From assembly GCA_963666485.2 (NCBI GenBank), contig CAXXUO010000003.1:224001-288000 (forward strand): a stretch of DNA of 64,000 nucleotides. Reading direction: 5' to 3'. Made by a program: the position numbers and the translations under genes. Positions within the stretch are counted from its first letter, which is position 1; each line of letters opens with the position of its first letter. Positions 19,339 to 29,561 of this stretch are shown here, in pieces. Origin of the DNA: Syntrophorhabdaceae bacterium (GTDB taxonomy: Bacteria > Desulfobacterota > Syntrophorhabdia > Syntrophorhabdales > Syntrophorhabdaceae). The notes under the pieces are model-generated. The model made no database searches, was not told the origin of the DNA, and saw only the letters and a program-made list of their open reading frames with translations.

Positions 19339-19704
19339 GTGACGAAACGTATAATGACCGTTGATGATTCGGTGAGTGTCCGGCAGATGGTCAGCTTCAC
19401 GCTCAAGAATGCCGGGTATGAGACAGTTGAAGCAAGCGACGGGAAAGACGCTCTTGCAAAGCTCAGCGGTTCCGGGGTCAATATGATACTCACGGACCTG
19501 AACATGCCCAATCTCGACGGCATCGGCCTGATAAAAGAGGTCAGGACAAAGCCGGAGTATAAGTTCATCCCCATCGTCATGCTGACCACGGAGTCGCAGG
19601 ATAGCAAGAAAATGGAGGGGAAGAGCGCCGGCGCCACAGGCTGGATAGTAAAGCCTTTCAAACCGGACCAGCTCCTGGCCGTTATTAAGAAAGTTCTGGG
19701 CTAG
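19339..19704 (+). CDS. cheY: CheY response regulator
   Basis: VDDS, TDLNMP, MLTTES, GATGWIVKPF. Confidence 0.93.
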   Translation: MTKRIMTVDDSVSVRQMVSFTLKNAGYETVEASDGKDALAKLSGSGVNMILTDLNMPNLDGIGLIKEVRTKPEYKFIPIVMLTTESQDSKKMEGKSAGATGWIVKPFKPDQLLAVIKKVLG

Positions 19705-19709
19705 GGTTC

Positions 19710-20594
19710 ATGATGGGACAGACCGATACGTCAATGGGCCAGGCCCGCGACCTTAACGCGATAAAGATGTCGGGCAGGCTCTTTTCCGAGCTCAGCCAGT
19801 TCATTTACGATGAAGTCGGGATAAATATCACGCCCGTAAAAAAGGTCATGCTCGAGGGCAGGCTGCACAAAAGGCTTCGGAGCCTCGGCATGGTAAGCTT
19901 TGAGGAATATCGCGACTACCTGTTCAGTGATGAGGGGAAATCGAGCGAGCTGGCATTCATGATCGACGAGGTCACCACCAACAAAACGGACTTCTTTCGG
20001 GAGCCGGCCCATTTCCAGTTCCTGACGTCGCACGTATTGCCGGCCCTTTTCAAGAGCGAAAAATATACGGCGTCCAACAAGCTCACGATCTGGAGCGCAG
20101 GATGTTCGAGCGGTGAGGAACCCTATACGATCGCGATGGTGGTGAAAGACCATATGGCCGACAACGGGGAGCGCCCATTCCAGGTCATAGCGACCGATAT
20201 CTCGCGCCGGATGCTTGATAAAGGCTGCAAGGCCGTGTACGAAATAGAAAAGACCATTCCCATCCCGAACCCCATCAAGAAGAAGTTTCTCTTGAGGAGC
20301 AAAAATCCGGCAGTCGGCGTTGTCAGGATCGCACCGGAGATACGCTCCTGCGTGGCCTTTCGCAGGCTTAATTTCATGGATTACGATTTCGGTTTTCGGG
20401 AACAGATAGACGTTATCTTCTGCCGGAACGTCATTATATATTTTGACAAGATGGTCCAGGAAAAACTGCTCAATAAGTTTTGCCAGTGCATGAAAAAGGG
20501 TGGCTTTATTTTTATGGGGCACTCGGAGACGTTATTCGGGATGGAACTGCCGCTCGAACAGGTTTCACCGACCGTTTACAGGAAATACAAATAG
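19710..20594 (+). CDS. cheR: Chemotaxis methyltransferase CheR
   Basis: [36 protein letters not shown]. Confidence 0.96.
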   Translation: MMGQTDTSMGQARDLNAIKMSGRLFSELSQFIYDEVGINITPVKKVMLEGRLHKRLRSLGMVSFEEYRDYLFSDEGKSSELAFMIDEVTTNKTDFFREPAHFQFLTSHVLPALFKSEKYTASNKLTIWSAGCSSGEEPYTIAMVVKDHMADNGERPFQVIATDISRRMLDKGCKAVYEIEKTIPIPNPIKKKFLLRSKNPAVGVVRIAPEIRSCVAFRRLNFMDYDFGFREQIDVIFCRNVIIYFDKMVQEKLLNKFCQCMKKGGFIFMGHSETLFGMELPLEQVSPTVYRKYK

Positions 20595-20640
20595 TGACCG
20601 AAAGAGGGGGCAAAGTCAAAAGACTGCCCGGGGATTTATA

Positions 20641-21711
20641 ATGGAAAAGATCAAGGTTTTGATAGTCGATGACTCGGCGGTGGTCAGGCAGGTCCTCGAA
20701 AACATGTTCGATGCCGATCCGGGCATTGAGGTTGTCGGGTCGGCCCGTGACCCGTTCGTCGCGGCGGACATTTTGAGGCGCGTCGTACCGGATGTGATCA
20801 CTCTCGACGTGGAGATGCCCCGGATGGACGGCCTGACATTCCTGCACAAGATCATGACGCAGAAGCCCATCCCCATCGTCATGTGCTCGAGCCTTACAGA
20901 AAAGAACTCGGAAACAGCAATGAAGGCGCTCGAATACGGAGCGGTCGATATAATAGAAAAACCGCGTATGGGTGTGAAGCAGTTCCTCGAGGAGTCGAAG
21001 GTCATTATTTGCGACAGCGTCAAAGCCGCCGCACAGGCGCGGATCGGCGCACGACCGAAAAAAGCGACCCAGATAAAGGTCGAACCGAAACTGACCGCCG
21101 ATGCCGTCCTTGAAAAACCAACGTCCCGCGCGATGATCCAGACCACGGAAAGCATCGTTGTTGTCGGCGCCTCGACGGGCGGTACCGAGGCCCTCAAGCT
21201 GTTCCTGGAATCTCTTCCCCTTAACTCCCCCGGTATTGTTGTTGTCCAGCATATGCCCGAGAATTTTACGGCAGCTTTTTCCCGGAGGCTCGACGGGATA
21301 TGCCGTGTCACTGTGAAAGAGGCGCAGAACGACGATACAGTCGTCCCCGGGCGGGTCCTCATCGCCCCGGGCAACAAGCATACCCTCCTCAAGAGAAGCG
21401 GTGCACGCTATTATGTCGAGGTAAAGGACGGGCCCCTCGTATCGCGGCACCGGCCATCCGTCGACGTGCTCTTCCGGTCCGCCGCCCGGTATGCCGGCAA
21501 GAATGCGGTCGGCGTGATCATGACAGGAATGGGTGACGATGGCGCGAAAGGCATGCTTGAAATGTTTGAGGCAGGCGCATACACGGTCGCCCAGGATGAA
21601 GCCACCTGCGTCGTTTTCGGCATGCCGAAGGAAGCGATCAAGCTGGGTGCCGTGCGGACAATTTCCCCCCTTGAAGGCATAGCGGGTATTGTGATGAGGG
21701 AGACGAGATAA
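20641..21711 (+). CDS. cheB: Chemotaxis methylesterase CheB
   Basis: REC plus [25 protein letters not shown]. Confidence 0.97.
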   Translation: MEKIKVLIVDDSAVVRQVLENMFDADPGIEVVGSARDPFVAADILRRVVPDVITLDVEMPRMDGLTFLHKIMTQKPIPIVMCSSLTEKNSETAMKALEYGAVDIIEKPRMGVKQFLEESKVIICDSVKAAAQARIGARPKKATQIKVEPKLTADAVLEKPTSRAMIQTTESIVVVGASTGGTEALKLFLESLPLNSPGIVVVQHMPENFTAAFSRRLDGICRVTVKEAQNDDTVVPGRVLIAPGNKHTLLKRSGARYYVEVKDGPLVSRHRPSVDVLFRSAARYAGKNAVGVIMTGMGDDGAKGMLEMFEAGAYTVAQDEATCVVFGMPKEAIKLGAVRTISPLEGIAGIVMRETR

Positions 21712-21982
21712 AAGAGACGGTTCCACGTTCCACGGTTCCACGTTCCACGCTAAAAGATTTAGAATGTAAAAAGTAATATGCGATGCTAAAAAGACGAGAT
21801 AAAAGAGACGGTTCCACGTTCCACGGTTCCACGTTCCACGCTAAAAGACTTAAAATATGAAAAAGTAAGAACATTCTATGTATACCACTGAAGTACAATC
21901 AAAACCACCATTGGCGACACTAAGAATCTTAATACTAATACAGTCCAAGTGAAGACGTGGAACGTGGAACGTGGAACCGTCT
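21701..21982. repeat. ~75-bp direct duplication (period 91) containing TTCCACG heptamers, plus an inverted CGTGGAA array
   Basis: Copies begin at 21701 and 21792; inverted arm at 21956-21982. Confidence 0.9.
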
Positions 21983-22026
21983 TTTTGTTGCTATTGTCCC
22001 TTCCGTTTGCAATAATGTCAGATATC

Positions 22027-23880
22027 ATGAAGTTCTTTATCGACGAGAAGGTCCGGCACCCGATCGGGGCGAAGATCCTGGGAATCACGTTCTTTCTTCT
22101 GGTCCTGATGGGGGTCGTGACGTATACGTCCAACACGAACCTCAAGAAGCTCAACGAGGAGCTTTCGATCCTTTCCGGGTATTACATACCGCTCGACCAG
22201 GCGCTTGGCGATCTCAGGATGAATTACACACTCCAAATACTGTCGTTCGAGCGGGTGATCGCGTCACGACCGACCAAGGGCCTGGAAGGTGCGCGCCTGG
22301 AGGGAGAGAAGCTCGCACAGGCGATGCCGTCGTGCAGCCGGGATGATACGAAGGAATTCAGGAACAAGGCCCGGGCAATGTTCCCCGCGGTCGACCAGTA
22401 TAATATGGCCGTGTACGAGATGCAGAGGCATTGCACGGACGTGCAGATCAACCTCACGACCGAGTTATGTGAAAAGGCGCTGGCCACGCCGGTCGTTAAG
22501 AAAAGCCCGGACCTTACCCGCAAATTTACGAAACTCCAGGAGCAGCTCGCCCATATCCCCAAACTTCGCAACGACCTTCACAACGGTATCCTGAAATATA
22601 GCGCCGAGCTTCAGAAAGGCGGCTCGCAATCGGTAGGCCTTCTCGAAGAGCAGTTTGAACAGAACCGCAGGACGGTCGGGATCGAAACGGGCAACATCGC
22701 CAGCCTCCTGCATTCCTATACCCAGGAGGCGGCGAAAAGGGCCAACAGCCTGGAGCGGCAGGCCTTCCGGTTCAACTGGAGCATGACGCTCGCTGCGGCC
22801 ATATTCGGGCTCATCTGCGCCGTTTTCCTGACGAGGAACCTAGTGCAGCCTATACGAAACCTCCTGACGGGGGCAAAAGAGATACGGGACGGGAACCTGA
22901 ATATCCAGGTGAAGGTCGACAGCGCCGACGAGATCGCCCTTCTGGCGCAATCATTCAATTATATGGTGACCGGGCTCAAGGAAAAAGAGACCATCAAGGA
23001 GACCTTCGGGAAGTATCTGGACCCGAAGATCGTCAGCACACTGCTCGAAGGGCAGGCGCTCAGTCAGAGCGGGGAGAAAAGAACAATGACCGTGTTCTTT
23101 TCCGATATCCAGAACTTTACGAACATGAGCGAGCAGCTTGCGCCGAACGTTCTTGTGAAACTGCTGAATCATTATATTACCACCATGTCCGTGCCGATAC
23201 GGAACAATCACGGGATCATAGATAAGTATATCGGGGACGCGATCATGGCCTTCTGGGGCCCGCCTTTTTCCGGTGCCGATGAACATGCGTTCCTGGCATG
23301 CCAGGCCGCTCTCGAACAATACCGCGGGCTCGAGCAATTCCGGCAGACCATTCCGGACATCATCGGCCTGCGCAGGGGAATGCCGGACTTCAACGTCCGC
23401 ATGGGCATCTGCACGGGTGATGTCATAGTCGGGACAGTGGGTTCCGAGATGGCGAAAAGCTACACGGTGATCGGCGATACGGTCAACCTGGCGTCCCGCC
23501 TCGAATCGGCGAACAAACTGTACGGGACCCGGATCATAATCTCGGGAAGCACGTTCGATATGACGAAGGACCATGTAGAGACGAGGGAGCTCGACATTGT
23601 CCGTGTCCTGGGCAAGACCGAACCGGTGCGCATTTTTGAGTTGCTGGGGTTGAAGGGCAATGTCCCGGGACGATCACTGGAGCTTCGCGATGCTTTCGAG
23701 AAGGGTCTCGCTTCTTACCGTACACGGGCCTGGAGGGACGCACGGGGATCATTTGAGGCGTGCCTTGCCATCGACCCGGACGATAAACCTTCGCACCTGT
23801 TCATGTCCCGGATCACCTCTTTCGAATCCAGCCCTCCCGGTGATGGCTGGACCGGGATATGGGACCTCACGAGAAAATGA
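22027..23880 (+). CDS. Membrane class III adenylate/guanylate cyclase (4HB sensor-HAMP-cyclase-TPR-like tail)
   Basis: FFSDIQNFT, IDKYIGDAIMAFW, YTVIGDTVNLASRLE. Confidence 0.95.
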   Translation: MKFFIDEKVRHPIGAKILGITFFLLVLMGVVTYTSNTNLKKLNEELSILSGYYIPLDQALGDLRMNYTLQILSFERVIASRPTKGLEGARLEGEKLAQAMPSCSRDDTKEFRNKARAMFPAVDQYNMAVYEMQRHCTDVQINLTTELCEKALATPVVKKSPDLTRKFTKLQEQLAHIPKLRNDLHNGILKYSAELQKGGSQSVGLLEEQFEQNRRTVGIETGNIASLLHSYTQEAAKRANSLERQAFRFNWSMTLAAAIFGLICAVFLTRNLVQPIRNLLTGAKEIRDGNLNIQVKVDSADEIALLAQSFNYMVTGLKEKETIKETFGKYLDPKIVSTLLEGQALSQSGEKRTMTVFFSDIQNFTNMSEQLAPNVLVKLLNHYITTMSVPIRNNHGIIDKYIGDAIMAFWGPPFSGADEHAFLACQAALEQYRGLEQFRQTIPDIIGLRRGMPDFNVRMGICTGDVIVGTVGSEMAKSYTVIGDTVNLASRLESANKLYGTRIIISGSTFDMTKDHVETRELDIVRVLGKTEPVRIFELLGLKGNVPGRSLELRDAFEKGLASYRTRAWRDARGSFEACLAIDPDDKPSHLFMSRITSFESSPPGDGWTGIWDLTRK

Positions 23881-23994
23881 TTAAAAAAGCGTGAGTCGTA
23901 AGTCGTAAGAATTATCCCGCAATAACTTCACGCCTCTCCTTACTGATGTATAATAGATACATGACATATCTTGTGATGAATTGGAGGTAGGGCG

Positions 23995-24363
23995 ATGGAT
24001 ACGGGGCACATTGTTCTGTTCATGGTACTGGGATTAGTGGCCGGCGTGTTGAGCGGTCTTATTGGTATCGGGGGCGGGGTTATCGTCGTCCCTGCACTAA
24101 TTCTCCTGTTCGGATTTACACAGCACCAGGCGCAGGGAACGACGCTTGCCCTTCTTGTTCCCCCTATCGGTATACTGGCCGCCCTGTCATACTATCGGCA
24201 GGGAAATGTCAACATAGCGGCCGCAAGTTTCATTGCTATCGGTTTTTTGTTAGGCAGTGTCTTCGGTGCAAAGATAGCTTTAGGCATTTCCGATGTCGTG
24301 CTGAAAAAGATCTTCGGCATATCCCTGTTTCTTATCGCAATACGCATGATTTTTTTTAAATAA
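23995..24363 (+). CDS. TauE/SafE (TSUP) family half-size transporter
   Basis: GLIGIGGGVIVVP...QHQAQGTTL. Confidence 0.9.
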   Translation: MDTGHIVLFMVLGLVAGVLSGLIGIGGGVIVVPALILLFGFTQHQAQGTTLALLVPPIGILAALSYYRQGNVNIAAASFIAIGFLLGSVFGAKIALGISDVVLKKIFGISLFLIAIRMIFFK

Positions 24364-24566
24364 CGACAAAAGCCGCCGGAAAATGCGGGGGCCTTTGTCG
24401 CGCCCGCGTTTAAGCTCCAGCGGTACTGCACCCATAAGTTCCTTTTCATATGCATTAATTGACGATATTATATTATTGTTGACCCGGAGTTGTTACCCGG
24501 GCGAAGGTGCCGGCCGGTCATTTAAGGTACGGCGGGCACGGGCAAAATTCGCGGGAGGCTATGTAT

Positions 24567-27077
24567 ATGGACCTTGAAGATGTCGAAACTCAGGACCTGA
24601 TTACCATATCATCTGAAGACGTACGCACCGGGCTCAACTCTGACACGATACGGCGCGCCATACTGGAGAACCTGAATTTTATCCAGGGGCGTGTCCCGCG
24701 CATCGCGACGAAGAACGACTGGTACATGGCACTGGCATACACCGTCCGCGACAGGATGCTCAGCCACTGGGTCCGCTCTACCGAAGAGCTTCGCATGAGC
24801 GCACGCGCGGTCTGTTATTTTTCGGCCGAGTTCCTGATGGGGCCGCACCTTGCAAATGCGATGATCAACCTGGGAATCCTGGACCAGACGAGGGAGGCCG
24901 TTCTCAAGCTCGGGCTTGACTTTGACGAGTTGATAGCGCAGGAGACTGAACCGGGTCTCGGCAATGGAGGGCTCGGCCGCCTGGCCGCCTGTTTCCTCGA
25001 TTCAATGGCCACGCAGAAGATCTATGCCCTTGGATATGGCATCAGGTACGAGTTCGGCATCTTCGATCAGGAAATAACCGACGGGTGGCAGCGTGAAATT
25101 ACAGATAAGTGGCTTGCGCTGGGCAATCCCTGGGAAATAGCGCGGCCGGAGATAACCTACTATGTCCAGTTTGGCGGGCACACGGAGCATTACCGGGATG
25201 ATAATGGGTTTGATCGTGTACGCTGGATCCCTGACAGGGTTGTCAGGGGAATGGCATATGACACGCCGGTACCGGGGTATAATGTCGAGATCGTCAACAT
25301 ATTGAGGCTCTGGAAATCAGAGGCGTGTGAGTCATTCGACTTCCAGGCATTCAATACCGGCGACTACGAAGGCGCGGTGGAAGAAAAGATAGCCTCGGAA
25401 ACCATATCGAAGATACTCTATCCCAATGACGAGCCGGCATCCGGTAAAGAATTGAGGCTTTCACAGCAGTATTTTTTCGTATCTTGCTCATTGCAGGACA
25501 TGATCAGGATACATAGCCTGGTCGGCGGGAAGCCGGAGAACCTGCACCAACGATACGCTGTCCAGTTAAACGATACACACCCGTCGATCGCGGTCGCCGA
25601 ACTTATGCGGATTTTGGTCGACATCTACATGATCGATTGGGATACTGCATGGGACATAACGAAGAAAACCTTTGCCTATACGAACCACACACTCCTTCCC
25701 GAAGCGCTCGAGAAATGGCAGATATCCTTGTTCGGTCGCGTTCTGCCGCGGCATCTCGAGATCATTTACGAGATAAACCGGCGCTTTCTGGATGAGGTGC
25801 GGATCTGCCATCCCGGCGACGAAGACCTTGTTCGGCGTGTGTCGCTCATAGATGAAAGCGGGGAGAGGTATGTACGTATGGCCCACCTCGCAACGGTGGG
25901 AGGCCACAGTGTAAACGGGGTGGCAGCCCTGCACACGGAACTCCTGAAGAAAACCATCATGAGGGATTTCCACGAGATGTCCCCGGGTAAGTTCCACAAT
26001 ATTACAAACGGCGTTACGCCGCGCCGGTGGGTGATGGTGAGTAACCCGGTCATGGCAAAGCTCATCACTGACGCGATCGGGGATGGCTGGATCTGCAACT
26101 GTCAAGGACAGATCCGTCGCCTCGAGCCCTTTGCCGACGACGCCGGCTTTCGGCAGGCGTGGTACGAGATGAAGCGTCAGAACAAGATCAGCCTTGCCCG
26201 GACCATTGAAGACCGGACGGGTCTGGCCGTCGATCCGGAGTCCATCTTCGATATCCAGGTGAAACGGATCCACGAATACAAGCGGCAGCACCTCAACGCC
26301 CTTCATGTCATTACGCATTACCTGCACCTGAAGCGCCATACCGACTCCGATATGCCTGCACGTACCGTTATCTTCGGCGGTAAGGCTGCACCCGGATATT
26401 ACATGGCGAAGCTGATCATCAAGCTCATCACGTCGATAGCGGACGTTGTCAATGCCGACCCGGAAACGTCGGGGCGATTGAAGGTCGTGTTCTTTCCCGA
26501 TTTCAATGTAAAGAACGGTCAATTGATCTACCCGGCCGCAGACATCTCGGAACAGATCTCAACTGCGGGAAAAGAGGCCTCGGGGACCGGCAATATGAAG
26601 TTCTCGATGAACGGCGCGCTCACGATAGGCACGCTCGACGGGGCGAATGTCGAAATACGCGAAGAGGTTGGGGCGGAAAATTTCTTCCTCTTCGGGCTCG
26701 ATGCCCGGCAGGTCTTTGAGATGAAAACGCAGGGTTACAATCCCCGCAGGTATTATGAAGAAAACTCGGATTTCCGGGAGGCCATCGATCTGATCAGTTC
26801 CGGTTATTTTTCCGGAGGCGATAGAAACCTTTTCCACCCGCTCGTCGATTCGCTGCTCGATCATGACGAATACATGCTCTGCGCGGATTATCAGGCATAT
26901 ATCGATTGCCAACGCGATATCACGGGCGCATACAGTGACATCGATCGCTGGCTGAAAATGTCCATCATTAACGTCGCCCGGACAGGAAAGTTCTCGTCTG
27001 ACCGGTCGATTCTCGAGTACGCCGGAAAGATATGGAACGTCACACCATTGCGGATACTGGACGAGGAAAAGCCGTAA
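24567..27077 (+). CDS. glgP: Glycogen/alpha-glucan phosphorylase
   Basis: GLGNGGLGRLAACF, QLNDTHP, KRIHEYKRQ, EASGTGNMK. Confidence 0.98.
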   Translation: MDLEDVETQDLITISSEDVRTGLNSDTIRRAILENLNFIQGRVPRIATKNDWYMALAYTVRDRMLSHWVRSTEELRMSARAVCYFSAEFLMGPHLANAMINLGILDQTREAVLKLGLDFDELIAQETEPGLGNGGLGRLAACFLDSMATQKIYALGYGIRYEFGIFDQEITDGWQREITDKWLALGNPWEIARPEITYYVQFGGHTEHYRDDNGFDRVRWIPDRVVRGMAYDTPVPGYNVEIVNILRLWKSEACESFDFQAFNTGDYEGAVEEKIASETISKILYPNDEPASGKELRLSQQYFFVSCSLQDMIRIHSLVGGKPENLHQRYAVQLNDTHPSIAVAELMRILVDIYMIDWDTAWDITKKTFAYTNHTLLPEALEKWQISLFGRVLPRHLEIIYEINRRFLDEVRICHPGDEDLVRRVSLIDESGERYVRMAHLATVGGHSVNGVAALHTELLKKTIMRDFHEMSPGKFHNITNGVTPRRWVMVSNPVMAKLITDAIGDGWICNCQGQIRRLEPFADDAGFRQAWYEMKRQNKISLARTIEDRTGLAVDPESIFDIQVKRIHEYKRQHLNALHVITHYLHLKRHTDSDMPARTVIFGGKAAPGYYMAKLIIKLITSIADVVNADPETSGRLKVVFFPDFNVKNGQLIYPAADISEQISTAGKEASGTGNMKFSMNGALTIGTLDGANVEIREEVGAENFFLFGLDARQVFEMKTQGYNPRRYYEENSDFREAIDLISSGYFSGGDRNLFHPLVDSLLDHDEYMLCADYQAYIDCQRDITGAYSDIDRWLKMSIINVARTGKFSSDRSILEYAGKIWNVTPLRILDEEKP

Positions 27078-27145
27078 AACGCAGGACGCAAGACGTGAAA
27101 TGAATAGCTGTAAAGGTTCCGATCTTCAGTTTTATATTTTTTTCG

Positions 27146-27173
27146 TTGAACCTTGAACCTTGAACCTTGAACC
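27146..27173 (-). repeat. (TTGAACC)4 heptamer array
   Basis: Direct reading. Confidence 0.9.
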
Positions 27174-27252
27174 ATCTTTTCCGTTGATTTATTTCCCGCA
27201 GTCCCGTATAAAGTCTTAAAAAGTACTAACGTTCTTATCCCGGGAAAAACCA

Positions 27253-27561
27253 ATGAAAAGATCCAAGGCTATTACCCTCGTTCTATTGACAGGAACACTT
27301 CTTTTACCTGCCTGTAATGAAGAAGAGAACATGAGAAACAAATACGCCAGCTGGGATGACTGCATAGCCGACTATAAGGACCCTTCTAAATGCACGAGGT
27401 CAGATGAAAGAATGACCCATGGCGGCTATTACTGGCATGGTCCCTGGTATACGGCGTCGCGGTTCAGAAATGCTACGTATAATCCCGGTTATTCGAGCGC
27501 AAGAAGCGTGGGCATCGCCCGCGGCGGTTTCGGGTCATCGGGGCATATGTCGGGGTCGTGA
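27253..27561 (+). CDS. YgiB/DUF1190-like lipoprotein
   Basis: Lipobox LPAC, Y.S..DC...C, C-terminal ARGGFG; sits upstream of the GSP synthase homolog. Confidence 0.8.
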   Translation: MKRSKAITLVLLTGTLLLPACNEEENMRNKYASWDDCIADYKDPSKCTRSDERMTHGGYYWHGPWYTASRFRNATYNPGYSSARSVGIARGGFGSSGHMSGS

Positions 27562-27565
27562 GGGA

Positions 27566-28684
27566 ATGCGGCGGATACAGCTCGACAGGATACGCGATAA
27601 CTGGCAGAAGAAAGTAGAGGACATCGGCTTCTATTACTACGAGATCGACGGGTCTCCCTACTGGGATGAGTCCGCATACTACCAATTCACCTCGGACCAG
27701 ATAGATCATCTCGAAGAAGTGACCGACGACCTTTATGCCAAGTGCAAAAAATTGGTGGACTATGTTTTCCAGAATAACCTCGGCGAGCGCATGGGCATAC
27801 CCGGACCTTTTTTTGAATTTGCCCGTGACTCATGGCGCGATAGAGAACCTACCATTTACGGGAGATTCGATTTCTGGTGGGACGGGGTGTCCGACCCAAA
27901 GCTTCTCGAATTCAATGCCGATACGCCGACTGCTCTGTTCGAGGCAAGCGTCGTGCAGTATTACTGGCTGCAGGATATGTTTCCCGGTAAAGACCAGTTC
28001 AACTCGATCCACGAAAAGCTCCTCGATGTCCTCGGTGGCAAGATCCGGCGGTACTGCTCATATGAAACGTTGTACACATCATCCGTGCGGGATAACCTGG
28101 AGGACCTGACAACGACGGAATACCTCCGCGACGTCGCGACGCAATCGGGTCTTAAGACCGAGCACATATACGTTGACGATATCGGATATGATAATGCCAA
28201 CCGGTATTTTGTCGACCTGGAGGAAAGGCGCATCCGCTGTATGTTCAAGCTCTATCCGTGGGAATGGATGATCCAGGAGGAGTTCGGGTCGCATCTGCTC
28301 GAGAGGGGCCTCGCCCTGTTTGAACCCGCCTGGAAGATGGTACTCAGCAACAAGGCCATTCTCCCGATACTCTGGGAGATGTACCCGGGGCACAAGAACC
28401 TTCTGCCGTCCTTTTTTGAACCGCGGTCGAACGGGGTGACATATGTCGAAAAACCCTTCTTTTCCCGGGAGGGCGAGGATATCGTGGTGCGCCCGCATTT
28501 CAGCCGCGCGAAACCCCTGTCGATCTACCAGGAATATCGGCAATTGCCCGCATTTTCGGGGAATTACCCCGTGATAGGATCGTGGGTCATCGACGAAATG
28601 GCTGCCGGCATAGGTATACGCGAAGATACGAGTCCCATAACGAACAATATGAGCAGATTCGTCCCCCATGCTTTTGATAATTAG
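27566..28684 (+). CDS. Glutathionylspermidine synthase family ATP-grasp ligase (YgiC-like)
   Basis: YWDE..YY.F, YGRFD, EFNADTPT, FKLYPWE, SRFVPH. Confidence 0.94.
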   Translation: MRRIQLDRIRDNWQKKVEDIGFYYYEIDGSPYWDESAYYQFTSDQIDHLEEVTDDLYAKCKKLVDYVFQNNLGERMGIPGPFFEFARDSWRDREPTIYGRFDFWWDGVSDPKLLEFNADTPTALFEASVVQYYWLQDMFPGKDQFNSIHEKLLDVLGGKIRRYCSYETLYTSSVRDNLEDLTTTEYLRDVATQSGLKTEHIYVDDIGYDNANRYFVDLEERRIRCMFKLYPWEWMIQEEFGSHLLERGLALFEPAWKMVLSNKAILPILWEMYPGHKNLLPSFFEPRSNGVTYVEKPFFSREGEDIVVRPHFSRAKPLSIYQEYRQLPAFSGNYPVIGSWVIDEMAAGIGIREDTSPITNNMSRFVPHAFDN

Positions 28685-28704
28685 CGAAGAGAGAGGAGAC
28701 AAAA

Positions 28705-29139
28705 ATGACACAACCTGCAGATAAAGCTTTTGAATTCGGGGAGAAGGAAAACGAACTGCTCCTCAAATTATCGAAGGACCTGGCACGGCTCGGCATAGCG
28801 ATACTGATCGCCGGCATCCTGTTCGTTCTTTATCTCGTTGTCTCCTACATCGACCCCGCCTCTGTCGTTGAGGTAAGCGAAGCCCGCCACGCGGCGCTGT
28901 CATTTCTCGATTATTTTGTGTGGGGACTTATAGCACTGCTCGTAATTTACATAAGCATCACGGTCATCAGGCTCGCCATACCCATCAAAATGATCGCGAC
29001 AACATCCGGTCTCGACATCCCCTACCTCATGAACTTTGTCGAAAATCTCGGGACCCTCTCCCGGATATCGTTTGTCAGCCTCGTGGTCATTTGCGGGCTG
29101 ATGATCGTCAGCCTCATCTTGCTAATATTGGTCTTTTAA
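28705..29139 (+). CDS. Hypothetical membrane protein (3 TMs)
   Basis: Hydrophobic segments; AGGAG RBS. Confidence 0.75.
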   Translation: MTQPADKAFEFGEKENELLLKLSKDLARLGIAILIAGILFVLYLVVSYIDPASVVEVSEARHAALSFLDYFVWGLIALLVIYISITVIRLAIPIKMIATTSGLDIPYLMNFVENLGTLSRISFVSLVVICGLMIVSLILLILVF

Positions 29140-29142
29140 AAG

Positions 29143-29558
29143 AACGTTCTACGTTCTACGTTCTGCGTCAAAAAGTCAACGACCTAAGAGTGCCACGCCA
29201 CGTCCACGAAAAAAAGTATTATAAAACCTGCCGTCATTCCCGCGAAGCGGGAATCCAGTGTCTTTTCAGTTGGTTTTAGGCCATTCTCTGGGTGCCTTGC
29301 ACAAGAGAAAGCAAACATTGTAAACGACCTATAAAGACCAAAAGACAAAGACGCTAGATTCCCGCTTCGCGGGAATGACGACCGGTGTCTTGGCATGCTT
29401 TCGTTTACTATCGCGGGAATGACGGCCGGTATCTTGGTGTTTCGTGCTATATCTCGACACTTCTACCCGTACACGATATCCCGGCATAAGGAATAATTCC
29501 ACCATGTCGTGACACTTACCACGCAGAACGTAGAACGTAGAACGCAGAACGTAGAACG
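29143..29558. repeat. Nested repeat: inverted ACGTTCT/AGAACGT arrays enclosing a pair of GTCATTCCCGCG..GGGAAT palindromes
   Basis: Arms at 29143-29167 and 29521-29558; palindromes at 29233-29265 and 29347-29379, partial copy near 29412. Confidence 0.85.
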
Positions 29559-29561
29559 TTT

